Shown in pieces: positions 37,732 to 48,091 of a stretch of DNA of 64,000 nt. Position numbers and translations under genes: made by a program. The notes below the pieces were generated by a model that saw nothing but the letters and a program-made list of their open reading frames with translations, was not told where the DNA came from and ran no database searches. Each line of letters opens with the position of its first letter. Positions within the stretch are counted from its first letter, which is position 1. Origin of the DNA: Promethearchaeota archaeon (GTDB lineage Archaea; Asgardarchaeota; Lokiarchaeia; Sigyniarchaeales; SOKP01); assembly GCA_019058445.1 (NCBI GenBank), contig JAHPZA010000006.1, positions 1,212,220 to 1,276,219 on the forward strand. Reading direction: 5' to 3'.

Positions 37732-38265
37732 TTATTGATTTTCTAATTCTGTGGCATAATATATCAACCATTTTGCCATAGCTTGAAAAGATTCTTTTAT
37801 ATTAATATCTTCCTTGGATGAGCAAAATACACATTGATTACACTTTGCTTGTTCAGCATAATCATTAGCAGTATTATAATCAGTTTCATGATTTGGTAAA
37901 TCCCATTTCATTCCCATAAGGATTATGGGGATAAATCCCGCTTTTTGACGAATTATTTTTAACCATTCTGGTATTTGCCTAAAGGTATCATAATCTGTAA
38001 TATCAAAACATATAAATGCTCCACTAGCACCTTTACAATAATCTGGTAGAAGTTCACGAAATCTTCGCTCTCCAGCAAAATCCCAAATTTGCATCTTTAC
38101 TTCCTCACTAGTATCAAGGGTTTCAGATTTTGTATGGAAACCCGCTCCTATTGTCATTTTATATCCTTCTTCAAATTTCCCAGTACAATAACGAGTGATC
38201 ATCGCAGTTTTTCCAACACCGCCGGCTCCTGCAACAATTACTTTAAAAATCCATGAGCTTTGCAT
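37732..38265 (-). CDS. Ras/Rab-like small GTPase
   Basis: GAGGVGKT, YKMTIG, WDFAGE, GMKWD, CSSK. Confidence 0.92.
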   Translation of the reverse strand: MQSSWIFKVIVAGAGGVGKTAMITRYCTGKFEEGYKMTIGAGFHTKSETLDTSEEVKMQIWDFAGERRFRELLPDYCKGASGAFICFDITDYDTFRQIPEWLKIIRQKAGFIPIILMGMKWDLPNHETDYNTANDYAEQAKCNQCVFCSSKEDINIKESFQAMAKWLIYYATELENQ

Positions 38266-38493
38266 AATTTTTTAAGACCCCTTTAGATCATGTTATTAAT
38301 TATATCTAAGAATTTGAATTTAAATCTTTTTTTTACGTTAAATGTATGAAATGAGATACATGAATTTTAAACTGAAGATTTTTAATAAAATGTAGTTGAA
38401 AGAAGATATAATACTATAGTGTTAGTAATAACACATTATATGTAACGCAAAAAGAAAAAATACAAATGTATTTGATCACTTAGATAAATAATA

Positions 38494-38925
38494 ATGAGTG
38501 TTCCAATATATAAGGTTATTTTTAAAGGAATTAAGGAAAATGATGAGAGTAAGTTAAATTTAGTTTTTAAAGGTATAAGATCCGATAAAAGAATAAATAT
38601 CCCTTCTCAATTAATCTTAAATTTGAAAGAAATTAGCAAATCTGTCCAAAACGTAATATCCTATCAAAATATATCAGAAGTAATAAAGGTGGGAAAAGAT
38701 TCTTCTAGACTTTCCTATATTTATTATTTTATCATACTTTACACCTCTATAGATGGAAAAAAAAAAGGTTTTTTAATTGGAAATGAAAAAAAATTGGGAG
38801 ATATCCTTATTGGAACGTGGCCATTTAATGATGAATTCCCCACCGAAAAAATCTCTGACACAATAAGTAATTTAGTTAAGAATATCGAAAATTACAAGGA
38901 AATCTGTCTAATTAGTTCTGTATAA
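38494..38925 (+). CDS. hypothetical protein
   Basis: 143-aa ATG ORF in an otherwise empty region. Confidence 0.6.
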   Translation: MSVPIYKVIFKGIKENDESKLNLVFKGIRSDKRINIPSQLILNLKEISKSVQNVISYQNISEVIKVGKDSSRLSYIYYFIILYTSIDGKKKGFLIGNEKKLGDILIGTWPFNDEFPTEKISDTISNLVKNIENYKEICLISSV

Positions 38926-39519
38926 TGGGAAAATAAAAAAAATTTGCTCTATAATTTAAAATCTCTTACATCAATTTTGTTTTATAAAATTTTGTGTCTA
39001 ATTTTGGAAATATTAAAATTATTAGCCATATTTATTAAATTATTATAGATTAGATAGTACTATCTGATATAATTTTTCATATAGACTATGTTTTTTTTAT
39101 GCATTTTGCGATTTTTTAAAATAATAGCTTAGTCAACTTCGCTTAAAAAAAATTTTTTACATGATAAATATAATTTTAATTCGTAAATTATCACCAAAAA
39201 GATAGATTTAGATTTTAAAAGTAATTAGATAATATTATCTAAGTTAGGATTTTTTCTGTCGGTTTTATGTCGGCACAATATTTCAGATTAGATAATGATA
39301 ATAAGGATTCCAATTTTCAAACTGTTAGACAATCTAAAATGCAATGAGAACTATGAAATTTAGCTATTACTTATTTAATATCCTCCCTAGTAGGAATAAA
39401 AAAGCATTATTTTAAATCTAATAACTATTAAGGGATATCTGATTTTAAATAAAAGGTAAAATGCCAATTAAGAATTCAAAATCTTAGAAAAAGGCGTAGT
39501 GAAATATCAATTTAGATGG

Positions 39520-39750
39520 TTAACGCCACACAAAGAAGAGCAGAAAGAACATCACACCCATCATTCCTAAAAGGAAAATCATTTGAATTTTACCTTTACT
39601 TTTTTGTTTCTGTTCATAGCCGAGATATTTATCCCTACATGCTTGTGAGCAAAATTTTTTGTCAGGGGGGATAGCTTTTCCACATATGGTACAGTGAGAA
39701 TGTGGGCCCCATTTTTTTTTAATTTGATCTTTCCATGAAGATTGAGACAT
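39520..39750 (-). CDS. DUF2116-family Zn-ribbon membrane protein
   Basis: PHSHCTICGKAIP...FCSQAC plus C-terminal TM helix. Confidence 0.85.
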   Translation of the reverse strand: MSQSSWKDQIKKKWGPHSHCTICGKAIPPDKKFCSQACRDKYLGYEQKQKSKGKIQMIFLLGMMGVMFFLLFFVWR

Positions 39751-40099
39751 TTTTTTAAAACTTCATTTTTTCATTTTCTATTATTATAGTTAAATAACTA
39801 AAATTAAATAACTTATTGTATCTTGGTATTTATTTTGCGATCTAAAATTTTAATATTATAATTTGAGACTTTTTTAAAAGGAGGATTCCATGCAAATTTC
39901 AAAGATATTATTTAAGACTTTTTAGCCTTTTTAATATTCAGTAATAAAATCAATTGGGCTTTTTTAAAATATTAAAATTAATTTGCTTTGAATTTTTTGA
40001 TTTATTATTGAAGAAAGATAGAGAATACAAAATTGAAATTATTAAGGGAAGTGAAAAAAAATAAGGATCCTTGCTGAACTAAAATATGACCATCAAGAG

Positions 40100-42277
40100 A
40101 TGAATTATGGCTATACCAACCGAACCTTGTATCTTAATTTGAGTACAAATGAGATAAAAATCAAAGAAGTCACTAAGGAGATGAGAGAAAAATTCATTGG
40201 AGGAAAGGGGTTTGATCTTTGGCTCATGTGGAACGGTCTTCCCAAAGATCGGATAGTTAAATGGAATGATCCAGAAAATGAGATATGTATTGCATCAGGC
40301 CCTTTAGGAGCTAGTACATTTTATCCTGGAGCTGGAAAGTCAATAGTCACAACTATTTCTCCTTTAACAGGTATAATAATAGACAGTAATGTTGGAGGAT
40401 ATTTCGGGCCATATTTAAAATTCTCAGGCTTTGATGCGATTGAGATTCAGGGTAAAGCTAAAAGTGATGAGATTATATATATAGATGGTCAAGATCACAT
40501 TATTCAACTTGTAGAATTAGAGGAGTCTGATGGGATTTCTGAATTCTCACATACTTTAACTCAACAACTTACTGAAAAATATGCAAAGGATTCAAATCAA
40601 GGAGAAAAACAGAAAGTTTCAGTGGTGAGTACAGGTCCAGCGGCTAAGTACAGTAAATGGGGTATGCTTAATTTTTCTTGGTTTAGCAGGCGAAGGAAAT
40701 GGGCATCATATAAACAAGCGGGAAGAGGTGGGATCGGAACTGTCTTTGCTAATAAAAACATAAGAGCGCTCGTGTGCAGGGCCCCAAAAATTGATGCTAG
40801 AATGAATAATCCTGCTGATCTTCAGACATTACAAGAGATTGGAAAACAGCATCATAAAGAAATAATAGATTTAGATCCTAGTCATAATCAAATGCGCTTT
40901 GTAGGAACAGGTTATCTTCCAGATATTATGAATATAACTGATTTACTTCCTACAGAAAATTTTAGATTTGGTCAACATCGCCAGATTAAAGATAAGGATA
41001 TCCCTTTCAAAAGAGAAACATGGTATGAGCTCTTTAAAGAGGATACCGGATCTGGAGCTGATGGTTGTTGGCTTGGTTGTTCAGTAAGCTGTTCTCATTA
41101 TAAACGAGGATATATTGTTAAAACGGGTCCATTTAAAGGGCAAGAAGTTATAGTGGATGGTCCAGAGTATGAAACTATAGCTGGATGTGGTTCAAATTGG
41201 GGTGTTTGGGATCCAGAATGGGTATTAGAAGCCAATTTTTATTGTGATACATATGGTTTAGATACAATTTCAGTTGGAACTGGAATAGCATTCGTAATGG
41301 AATGCTTTGAAGAAGGTATTCTTAATAAAGAAATAACTAATGGTCTTGATTTAAATTTCGGAAATGCCGAAGCTGCTTTAGAATTACTTCATCAAATGGC
41401 AAGAGGAGAAGGTTTTGGAGTTGTTATTGGTCAAGGAATAAAAGAAATGAAACGAGTTTTTACTGAAAAATATGGAGGAGATCCCCAATTTCTACAAGAT
41501 ATTGGGATGGAACATAAAGGACTTGAATTTTCCGAATATGTCACGAAAGAATCGTTAACACAGCAAGGAGGATATGGTTTTACCAACAAAGGACCTCAGC
41601 ATGATGAAGCATGGCTAATTTTTGAAGATGTGGTGAGAAATTCAATACCTACTTTTGAAGATAAGGCAGCCGCATTAAGATGGTTCCCTTATTGGAGAAC
41701 TGTATTTTCGCTGCTAGGTCTCTGCAAATTGCCCTGGAATGATGTGGTATCAGAGAAAAATTATGAGCTTTCGATAAAAGATCCTGAAACAGGAGAATTA
41801 GTCCAAGCAAAAATATTATATCATGTTGAGTGGTATGCACAATATTTTTCAGCCGTAACTGGTATATATTCCACAATAGATGATTTAATCCAAATGTCTG
41901 AAAGGGTATACACATTTCAACGTATCTTTAATATACGACAAGGCAAGGGACTTCGAGAACATGATTCAAATCTGCCATATCGGGCAATAGGTCCGGTAAC
42001 AAAACTTGAATATGAAAGCCGTCAAGAACGCTATGATACGCAACTAAAAGAAGAGCTAGGAGTAGATATAAATAATTTAAAAACACAAGAAAAAATGAAC
42101 ATTTTAAGAAATTATCGGGAAGATCAATATATAAAGCTACAAGATGCCGTATACAAAGAACGAGGATGGACATATGGGGGCTGTCCTACAATTAAATTAG
42201 TGAAAGAATTAAGAATAAATTTTGATGATGTGATTGAATATATTAAACCATATCAAGATAAGGAGCCAAATTTATAA
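40100..42277 (+). CDS. tungsten aldehyde:ferredoxin oxidoreductase family protein
   Basis: FIGGKG, DSNVGG, AGRGGIG, CWLGCSVSC, GPEYET, CDTYGLDTIS. Confidence 0.93.
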   Translation: MNYGYTNRTLYLNLSTNEIKIKEVTKEMREKFIGGKGFDLWLMWNGLPKDRIVKWNDPENEICIASGPLGASTFYPGAGKSIVTTISPLTGIIIDSNVGGYFGPYLKFSGFDAIEIQGKAKSDEIIYIDGQDHIIQLVELEESDGISEFSHTLTQQLTEKYAKDSNQGEKQKVSVVSTGPAAKYSKWGMLNFSWFSRRRKWASYKQAGRGGIGTVFANKNIRALVCRAPKIDARMNNPADLQTLQEIGKQHHKEIIDLDPSHNQMRFVGTGYLPDIMNITDLLPTENFRFGQHRQIKDKDIPFKRETWYELFKEDTGSGADGCWLGCSVSCSHYKRGYIVKTGPFKGQEVIVDGPEYETIAGCGSNWGVWDPEWVLEANFYCDTYGLDTISVGTGIAFVMECFEEGILNKEITNGLDLNFGNAEAALELLHQMARGEGFGVVIGQGIKEMKRVFTEKYGGDPQFLQDIGMEHKGLEFSEYVTKESLTQQGGYGFTNKGPQHDEAWLIFEDVVRNSIPTFEDKAAALRWFPYWRTVFSLLGLCKLPWNDVVSEKNYELSIKDPETGELVQAKILYHVEWYAQYFSAVTGIYSTIDDLIQMSERVYTFQRIFNIRQGKGLREHDSNLPYRAIGPVTKLEYESRQERYDTQLKEELGVDINNLKTQEKMNILRNYREDQYIKLQDAVYKERGWTYGGCPTIKLVKELRINFDDVIEYIKPYQDKEPNL

Positions 42278-42328
42278 ATTGAGGTAATTTGGGGCAGGCG
42301 ATCAGTAAAAAAAAGAAATAACACATAT

Positions 42329-43072
42329 TTAGTTACTCTTACCTTTATATGAAACTGTGGTTCCTATAAATTTAGGATTTCCATTCCAATACTCTTTAAA
42401 GTTGCCTATATCAGATCCTGACATGACTAATACATTTATATGGCTTCTTTTTAGGATCTGTAAGGAAACTGCATCAAAAATACGATATTCTCCCGCGGCG
42501 GCTTGTTTTTCATCAGTAGATTTTAGAGTGATCTCTTGAAGTTCCTCATATGAGATATTTGGGAATAGTTTTGCATCCTTATGCTTTTTCGGATCTTTAT
42601 CGTAAATACCATCAACATTCGTTAGAAGAATTAATTCCTTTGCTCCAGTATATTCCGCTACTTCAAGAGCTACTGATGTAGTAGACTGTCCTGGTTGGAG
42701 ACCCCCCATGATAATAATTTTCTTGAATAAGGTAGCTATAGAAAGCTCTTCAATTGATTTTGGAACTTGTGGATAGGCTAATTCTCCAAAAGATGTAATA
42801 ATTAGGGTAGAATTTAAACGAGAAACTTCAATTCCAATAATATCACATAAAGCTTCATTTCCTTTTAAAGATCTAATTGAATTGATATATTCTCTTGCAA
42901 TTAATCCCCCACCACATATTATAATGAGAGCATCAAATTTGGGTTTATTTTTAATAATTTCACAAAAATCAGATATTCTTTTTGAATTAATCTTCTTATC
43001 CTTTGTAAATAAGAGTGAGCCTCCTATTTTTATTACAATGCTTCCTTTTTTGTTCATAATATTTTCATTCAA
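42329..43072 (-). CDS. pyrH: UMP kinase
   Basis: VIKIGGS, GGGLIAREYI, PGQSTT, TNVDGIYDKDP. Confidence 0.93.
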   Translation of the reverse strand: MNENIMNKKGSIVIKIGGSLLFTKDKKINSKRISDFCEIIKNKPKFDALIIICGGGLIAREYINSIRSLKGNEALCDIIGIEVSRLNSTLIITSFGELAYPQVPKSIEELSIATLFKKIIIMGGLQPGQSTTSVALEVAEYTGAKELILLTNVDGIYDKDPKKHKDAKLFPNISYEELQEITLKSTDEKQAAAGEYRIFDAVSLQILKRSHINVLVMSGSDIGNFKEYWNGNPKFIGTTVSYKGKSN

Positions 43073-43130
43073 TTTTTCTTTATTAATATATAGTTGATTT
43101 AATAAATTAAGTTACTCTTACTCCAGATTT

Positions 43131-44093
43131 ATGAGTGATAACACAAGAAGCATCACTGCAGAAGTGCCCCATAGGATATCAGGTTTTTTTGAGATCGTTG
43201 ATCAAATTGATGGTATTCCAATAAGCGATCCGGAAAAGATAGGATCTAGAGGAGCTGGCTTTAATCTAAGTGCTGTTGGAAAAACTAAAATCATCATTAC
43301 ACCCCTGAAAGAAAATGAGGAAAATTCCTGCAAGATATATATAAATGATGAAGAATTAAATGAAAAAGCCGAAACAACATACTATATCATTAAATTTATA
43401 CAATCCTATCTAAAAAAGCCGATTAATATAGAAATTTATCATAATTTTGAATTACCCGTAGGATGTGGATATGGAGCAAGTGGTTCTGGCGCTTTAGGGG
43501 CTATTTTTGGACTAAATAATATTTTAGATCTAAAATTAAGCTACAGAGAGCAAGGTCGTATTGCCCATATATCAGAAGTTATAAATAGGACGGGATTGGG
43601 AACAATATGTGGAATATTAGGAGGGGGTTTATGTGTTTTAGAAGAGCCCGGTTATCCCTGCGCTTTCAAATCTATTCCGGTTCCAGAAAATCTTAGTATA
43701 ATATGTGGTACTTTTGGAATGATTCATACAAAGTCTATTTTAAATTCTCCCCAGTTAAGCCTAAAAATAAAAGAAGCTGGCAGAAAAGCTTTAAAAAAGT
43801 TAAGGGCCACTCCGAATATTCAAACATTTATTATGGCTTCAATTGAATTTGTAAAGAATACTGATATACTGGATATCATGAATTTGTCTAAAACGAAAGA
43901 ACTAATTGAAAATCTTAATAAATTAGATATTTACGGAGCAAGCATGAATCAATTAGGACGTTCTGTTTATGCAATTTGTAAAGGATCAGATGAAAATAAT
44001 GTATTAGAGACTTTTAATAGTTTTAAACCAGAAATCAGTGTATATATTTCAACTATAAACAAGAAAAGTCTACAAATATTTCCAATTAAGTAA
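43131..44093 (+). CDS. pantoate kinase (GHMP family)
   Basis: PHRISGFF, GSRGAG, LPVGCGYGASG, AHISEV..RTGLG. Confidence 0.85.
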   Translation: MSDNTRSITAEVPHRISGFFEIVDQIDGIPISDPEKIGSRGAGFNLSAVGKTKIIITPLKENEENSCKIYINDEELNEKAETTYYIIKFIQSYLKKPINIEIYHNFELPVGCGYGASGSGALGAIFGLNNILDLKLSYREQGRIAHISEVINRTGLGTICGILGGGLCVLEEPGYPCAFKSIPVPENLSIICGTFGMIHTKSILNSPQLSLKIKEAGRKALKKLRATPNIQTFIMASIEFVKNTDILDIMNLSKTKELIENLNKLDIYGASMNQLGRSVYAICKGSDENNVLETFNSFKPEISVYISTINKKSLQIFPIK

Positions 44094-44094
44094 T

Positions 44095-44931
44095 TTAAGA
44101 TTCATTTAATGCTCTTGATTTTTCAGTAGCCACTTCTACCGCCCTCATTAATGTTGATCTTAGTTTAGCTCTTTCTAGTTCATGAAGAGCAGTAATAGTT
44201 GTTCCTCCAGGTGAGCATACCATATCTTTTAATTCTCCAGGATGTTTCCCTGTTTCTAAAACTAATTTTGCAGCTCCTAAAGCGGTTTGAGCTGCTAATT
44301 TAATGGCAACCTTTCTAGAGAGCCCCATTTTCACACCGCCATCTGCTAATGCTTCAATAATGATAAAAAAATAAGCCGGTCCACTTCCAGATAATCCAGT
44401 AACAGTATCTAAATGTTCTTCATCTAATTCAACCACAACGCCACCTGAATTGAAAATTTTTTTAACAAATTCTATGCTACCATCTCTTATTTTATTATTG
44501 TGAGTGATTGCTGATGCCCCTGCTCCAACCATTAATGGGGTATTAGTCATTATCCGGATAATTCCCACATCATTACTAACATATTTTTCTATATGCCTTA
44601 TAGCGACACCAGCGGCAATTGAGATAATAGTATTCTCAGGTTTTATGTTTGGACCAATTTCTTCCAATACGAAATTAATTATTTGGGGTTTCACAGCTAA
44701 TAATATATAATTCGAAGTTTGAACTAAATGAGAATTATTTTGAGCGATCTTAACTCCTAACTCTTTGAAAATATTATCTGTAACAACATGATCCTTGTCA
44801 TAAATAATGATCTTATCCTTTTCTATAACATTATTCTTAATAATCGTTCTTAGTAAAGCAGACCCCATTGTTCCAGTTCCAATAATACCTAATTCATTTT
44901 CAAACATAAATAGTACAGCGCTTTTTCTCAA
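44095..44931 (-). CDS. proC: pyrroline-5-carboxylate reductase
   Basis: GTGTMG, LAVKPQ, SGSGPAY, CSPGGTT. Confidence 0.95.
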   Translation of the reverse strand: MRKSAVLFMFENELGIIGTGTMGSALLRTIIKNNVIEKDKIIIYDKDHVVTDNIFKELGVKIAQNNSHLVQTSNYILLAVKPQIINFVLEEIGPNIKPENTIISIAAGVAIRHIEKYVSNDVGIIRIMTNTPLMVGAGASAITHNNKIRDGSIEFVKKIFNSGGVVVELDEEHLDTVTGLSGSGPAYFFIIIEALADGGVKMGLSRKVAIKLAAQTALGAAKLVLETGKHPGELKDMVCSPGGTTITALHELERAKLRSTLMRAVEVATEKSRALNES

Positions 44932-44991
44932 ATAAATTTTATGATTTATTTAAAAAATTTTAATAAATAGAGCACATAATTTTTGAGTTAT

Positions 44992-45510
44992 TCAAAAAGG
45001 AGTATTAAAATCATCACCAATAAGCTGGCAATCACTTATTCCATAGTCATCCCAAATTTTGTGCTCTAAAAGTATGTCATTGTCGATCAGTCCTACCAAA
45101 CGAAATTTATAATGTTGAAAAAACTTTATACCATTCTTATATTTTTTAGGTAATTTTATACAGATTGAAGCAATTCCCATTTTTTTTTGGATCATTAAAA
45201 AAGACTCTAAGAGAGTTGTAGCGATGTGTTTTCTTCGAAATTTTGGATTTACATATAATAAATAGAGATATATCGTAGGAATAAGATTTTCTATTGAATC
45301 GACTTTATGAGTTTGTTGCTCTGACACTAACATTCCTGCTAAATTATTCTCATAATAAGCAGCTAAAACAAAAATTTTATTTTTTAGAAATTTTTGTTGA
45401 AAATCATCAATAAATTCTAGAAATTCTTGAGCACAGAGTTTCAAATCAAATAGATCTTCAGTATTGGCCACTTTTATTGAAATATTCTTTTCATGTTTAT
45501 TAGATCTCAT
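44992..45510 (-). CDS. GNAT acetyltransferase
   Basis: LYVNPKFRRKHIATTLL motif A. Confidence 0.8.
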   Translation of the reverse strand: MRSNKHEKNISIKVANTEDLFDLKLCAQEFLEFIDDFQQKFLKNKIFVLAAYYENNLAGMLVSEQQTHKVDSIENLIPTIYLYLLYVNPKFRRKHIATTLLESFLMIQKKMGIASICIKLPKKYKNGIKFFQHYKFRLVGLIDNDILLEHKIWDDYGISDCQLIGDDFNTPF

Positions 45511-45520
45511 GTGATATCTA

Positions 45521-46258
45521 TTATTCGTATAATTTCATTTTTAGTTTTTCTATAAGTTCTGCTTTAATTAGACCATTATTTCTATCATATCCTTCACAAA
45601 CGATACTTCTAACACCTATTAAATCGGGGGAAATCTGTTTCAATTTTAAGATATCATTATGCTTAATTTTCCCGGCCAAAGCCACTCTTACATTATAACT
45701 CTTTGCCTTTTCTTTAAATTTAATTAGTTGCTCTACATTTAAAAAATCAAACAATCCCCTCTCATCCTTAATATATGTATCGAGCATAGCAAAATCAGAA
45801 CCCGATTCAGCAGCGATGGTTGGAATTGCTAAAAAGTGTGGAGAACTTTTCATCCTTGATTGATCTGCATAACCAGCCGCAACAACCATAATTTTTTTAT
45901 TAAATTCTTTTACGGCCTTAACTACATTTTTCATTAATTCTATTCCTTCAAATTCGTTCTTCGGACCTTTTAATCCCACTTTAATAATATCCGCTCCTGC
46001 CACTGCAGCTCCTAAAGCCGCTAGTGAGGCACTCCCAGGCAAATATGGGAAGTCTCCAATTGTAGCACTTAAAAGTTTTGAACTATGTGTAGGAATTACT
46101 TTTTTCATTGCTTTAATCATCCAAGGAAAATTTGCTCCTAAAGAACCTTCTTTTGGATTTTTACAATCAATGTATTTTATACCCCCAGCATTTACTACGA
46201 TTTTTGCTTCTTCCACGTTTTTAGGACTAATTAGTAATTCTATTTTATTATTAGCCAT
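45521..46258 (-). CDS. mfnB: (5-formylfuran-3-yl)methyl phosphate synthase (methanofuran biosynthesis)
   Basis: LLISP..VEEA, IDCKNPKEGSLGANFPW, SATIGD, IKVG, MLDT, GVR. Confidence 0.92.
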   Translation of the reverse strand: MANNKIELLISPKNVEEAKIVVNAGGIKYIDCKNPKEGSLGANFPWMIKAMKKVIPTHSSKLLSATIGDFPYLPGSASLAALGAAVAGADIIKVGLKGPKNEFEGIELMKNVVKAVKEFNKKIMVVAAGYADQSRMKSSPHFLAIPTIAAESGSDFAMLDTYIKDERGLFDFLNVEQLIKFKEKAKSYNVRVALAGKIKHNDILKLKQISPDLIGVRSIVCEGYDRNNGLIKAELIEKLKMKLYE

Positions 46259-46493
46259 AATTGATCATTTACATAGGATAAATTTAAAAAATTTTTTCCA
46301 CAATATTTTTTCATTAAGTTATTATATATATGGAATTGTTACCTTATAACCTTACAATTAAATATACTATTTCGTACTTCTCTTATAAATTTAGAGCCTT
46401 TTTTTTTGAAGTCATAATTTAGATAATTATAAAAATAACTATTTTATATTTATTTTATAATAAAATTACTACAAGTTAAAACTTGATAAAAGA

Positions 46494-47024
46494 ATGTCTC
46501 CAAAAGAAATTACAAAAATTGAGCTCACTGAAGATGTCTTTAAAGAACCTATTGATGTCATTAATAAATTGTCAAGCCATATTGATGGATTAAAATACAC
46601 AAAAGTGATTCAAACATTTGTCATGGAAAATCGAGATTTAAATTTGGTTTTATCAAAACAAGGTTCTGACTATTTTAAAGGGAAAATTGTGTGGATTGGA
46701 AATAAAAAGGATGATTCTGAGGGAACCATTTTTTGTGTAGACACTGGAAGTGAGATAAAACAAATTAGCCCAACTGCTGAAAATTCCGATAATGTGGTTT
46801 TAGATATTAAGAAAGAAACAATTAAAGTTTCTACAGTTTCTAAATCCAAGTGTGCAGTATGCGGAAAAGAAATAGAAATTTTTGATGATGTTTCGGGTTG
46901 TCCTATTTGTCAAACCAAGGCACACCGCGAACATTTAGTAGAATGGATTAAAGCAAAACATTCTTGTCCGATCTGTAAAAAATCCTTGAATGTTTCGTCC
47001 ACAGGTGTTATTATTATTGATTAA
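46494..47024 (+). CDS. protein with a C-terminal RING-type zinc finger
   Basis: CAVC...CPIC...HREHLVEWIK...CPIC. Confidence 0.8.
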   Translation: MSPKEITKIELTEDVFKEPIDVINKLSSHIDGLKYTKVIQTFVMENRDLNLVLSKQGSDYFKGKIVWIGNKKDDSEGTIFCVDTGSEIKQISPTAENSDNVVLDIKKETIKVSTVSKSKCAVCGKEIEIFDDVSGCPICQTKAHREHLVEWIKAKHSCPICKKSLNVSSTGVIIID

Positions 47025-47034
47025 AAGTCAATTT

Positions 47035-47772
47035 TTATTTAAAACGTTTTAATTTTTCTATATTTAATGATCCGTCATATAACGCTGTAGCGATTAAGAC
47101 TCCTGAAAATTCATTATTATACATCATCTCTAAATCTTCATATTCTTTCACCCCCCCACCAATTAATATATTCCCTTGAAATTGATATCGGAACTTCATA
47201 AATAGAGGGGGTACACCACCTATTTTCTGACCTACCCTAAATAAATCTAAAAGAATTATTTCTTTTACCCCCAATTTATTTAAACGATTAACCAATTTTA
47301 GGGGATTTTGGTTTTTTAAATATTTTAAATTCGAAATGATTTTCCCTTGATACATATCAATACTAATACTGAATCGATCGCCCCCCATTATTTCTATTCC
47401 TTGTTTTATGACTTCAAAATTATTGATAGTTTCTAAACCCAAAATTAATTTACCTAAGTTGTATTTCGAATAAATAAGGAGATCTGTTTTATCGGTAATT
47501 CCCGGGTCGAGCATGATCTTTAGATCATGAAGTTTTAAAATTTCTAATAGCAATCCCTGATTTGGTTGTTTATTGATGATGGCATCTAAATCAGCAATAT
47601 AAATCTCTTCAAAATGAAATTTATGTTTAAGAATTTTAGCAATTTCTAATGGCTTTGACGTGTTTAGTATTTTGGATTTAAGGGGTTTATATTTATCTCT
47701 TTCACCTTTAACAGCATGAACTGCCATTGAATTAAATATATCTAATACCGGTATAATTCGAAACTTTGACAT
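47035..47772 (-). CDS. HisA/HisF-like TIM barrel of the C1-cofactor-linked family
   Basis: IIPVLD...AVHAVKGERDKYKP, YIADLDAI, LDLFRVG, GGG, LIATAL. Confidence 0.8.
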   Translation of the reverse strand: MSKFRIIPVLDIFNSMAVHAVKGERDKYKPLKSKILNTSKPLEIAKILKHKFHFEEIYIADLDAIINKQPNQGLLLEILKLHDLKIMLDPGITDKTDLLIYSKYNLGKLILGLETINNFEVIKQGIEIMGGDRFSISIDMYQGKIISNLKYLKNQNPLKLVNRLNKLGVKEIILLDLFRVGQKIGGVPPLFMKFRYQFQGNILIGGGVKEYEDLEMMYNNEFSGVLIATALYDGSLNIEKLKRFK

Positions 47773-48091
47773 TTTCTTGCAAATAATTTGATTGTTAATA
47801 TGGAGAACTTAAATGATATCTTTTTTCAAATATTAAAATCTTAATCATGAATCTATTTTATTTTGTAAATTTAATATTTTTCTAAAAAAATCAAAAAATT
47901 CGATGATTCCCAAGCAATCAAATATTATTTATTTAATTTGGTATCCTTCTAAACTTTTAGAAATGTAAAAAATTGCGCCTTTTAAAAATCAAATAAATTA
48001 AAAAACTTGAGAAGTCTTTTTAATTAATAACTCTTGAATAATGTAATTTTTAAATGATAGTTTCTAAATCATTCTAAAATATAGACACTAA

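Noticed and set aside
38926-39519. About 600-bp AT-rich gap with a TGTCGG direct repeat
   Set aside because: No convincing ORF, ORB set, CRISPR periodicity or RNA structure.
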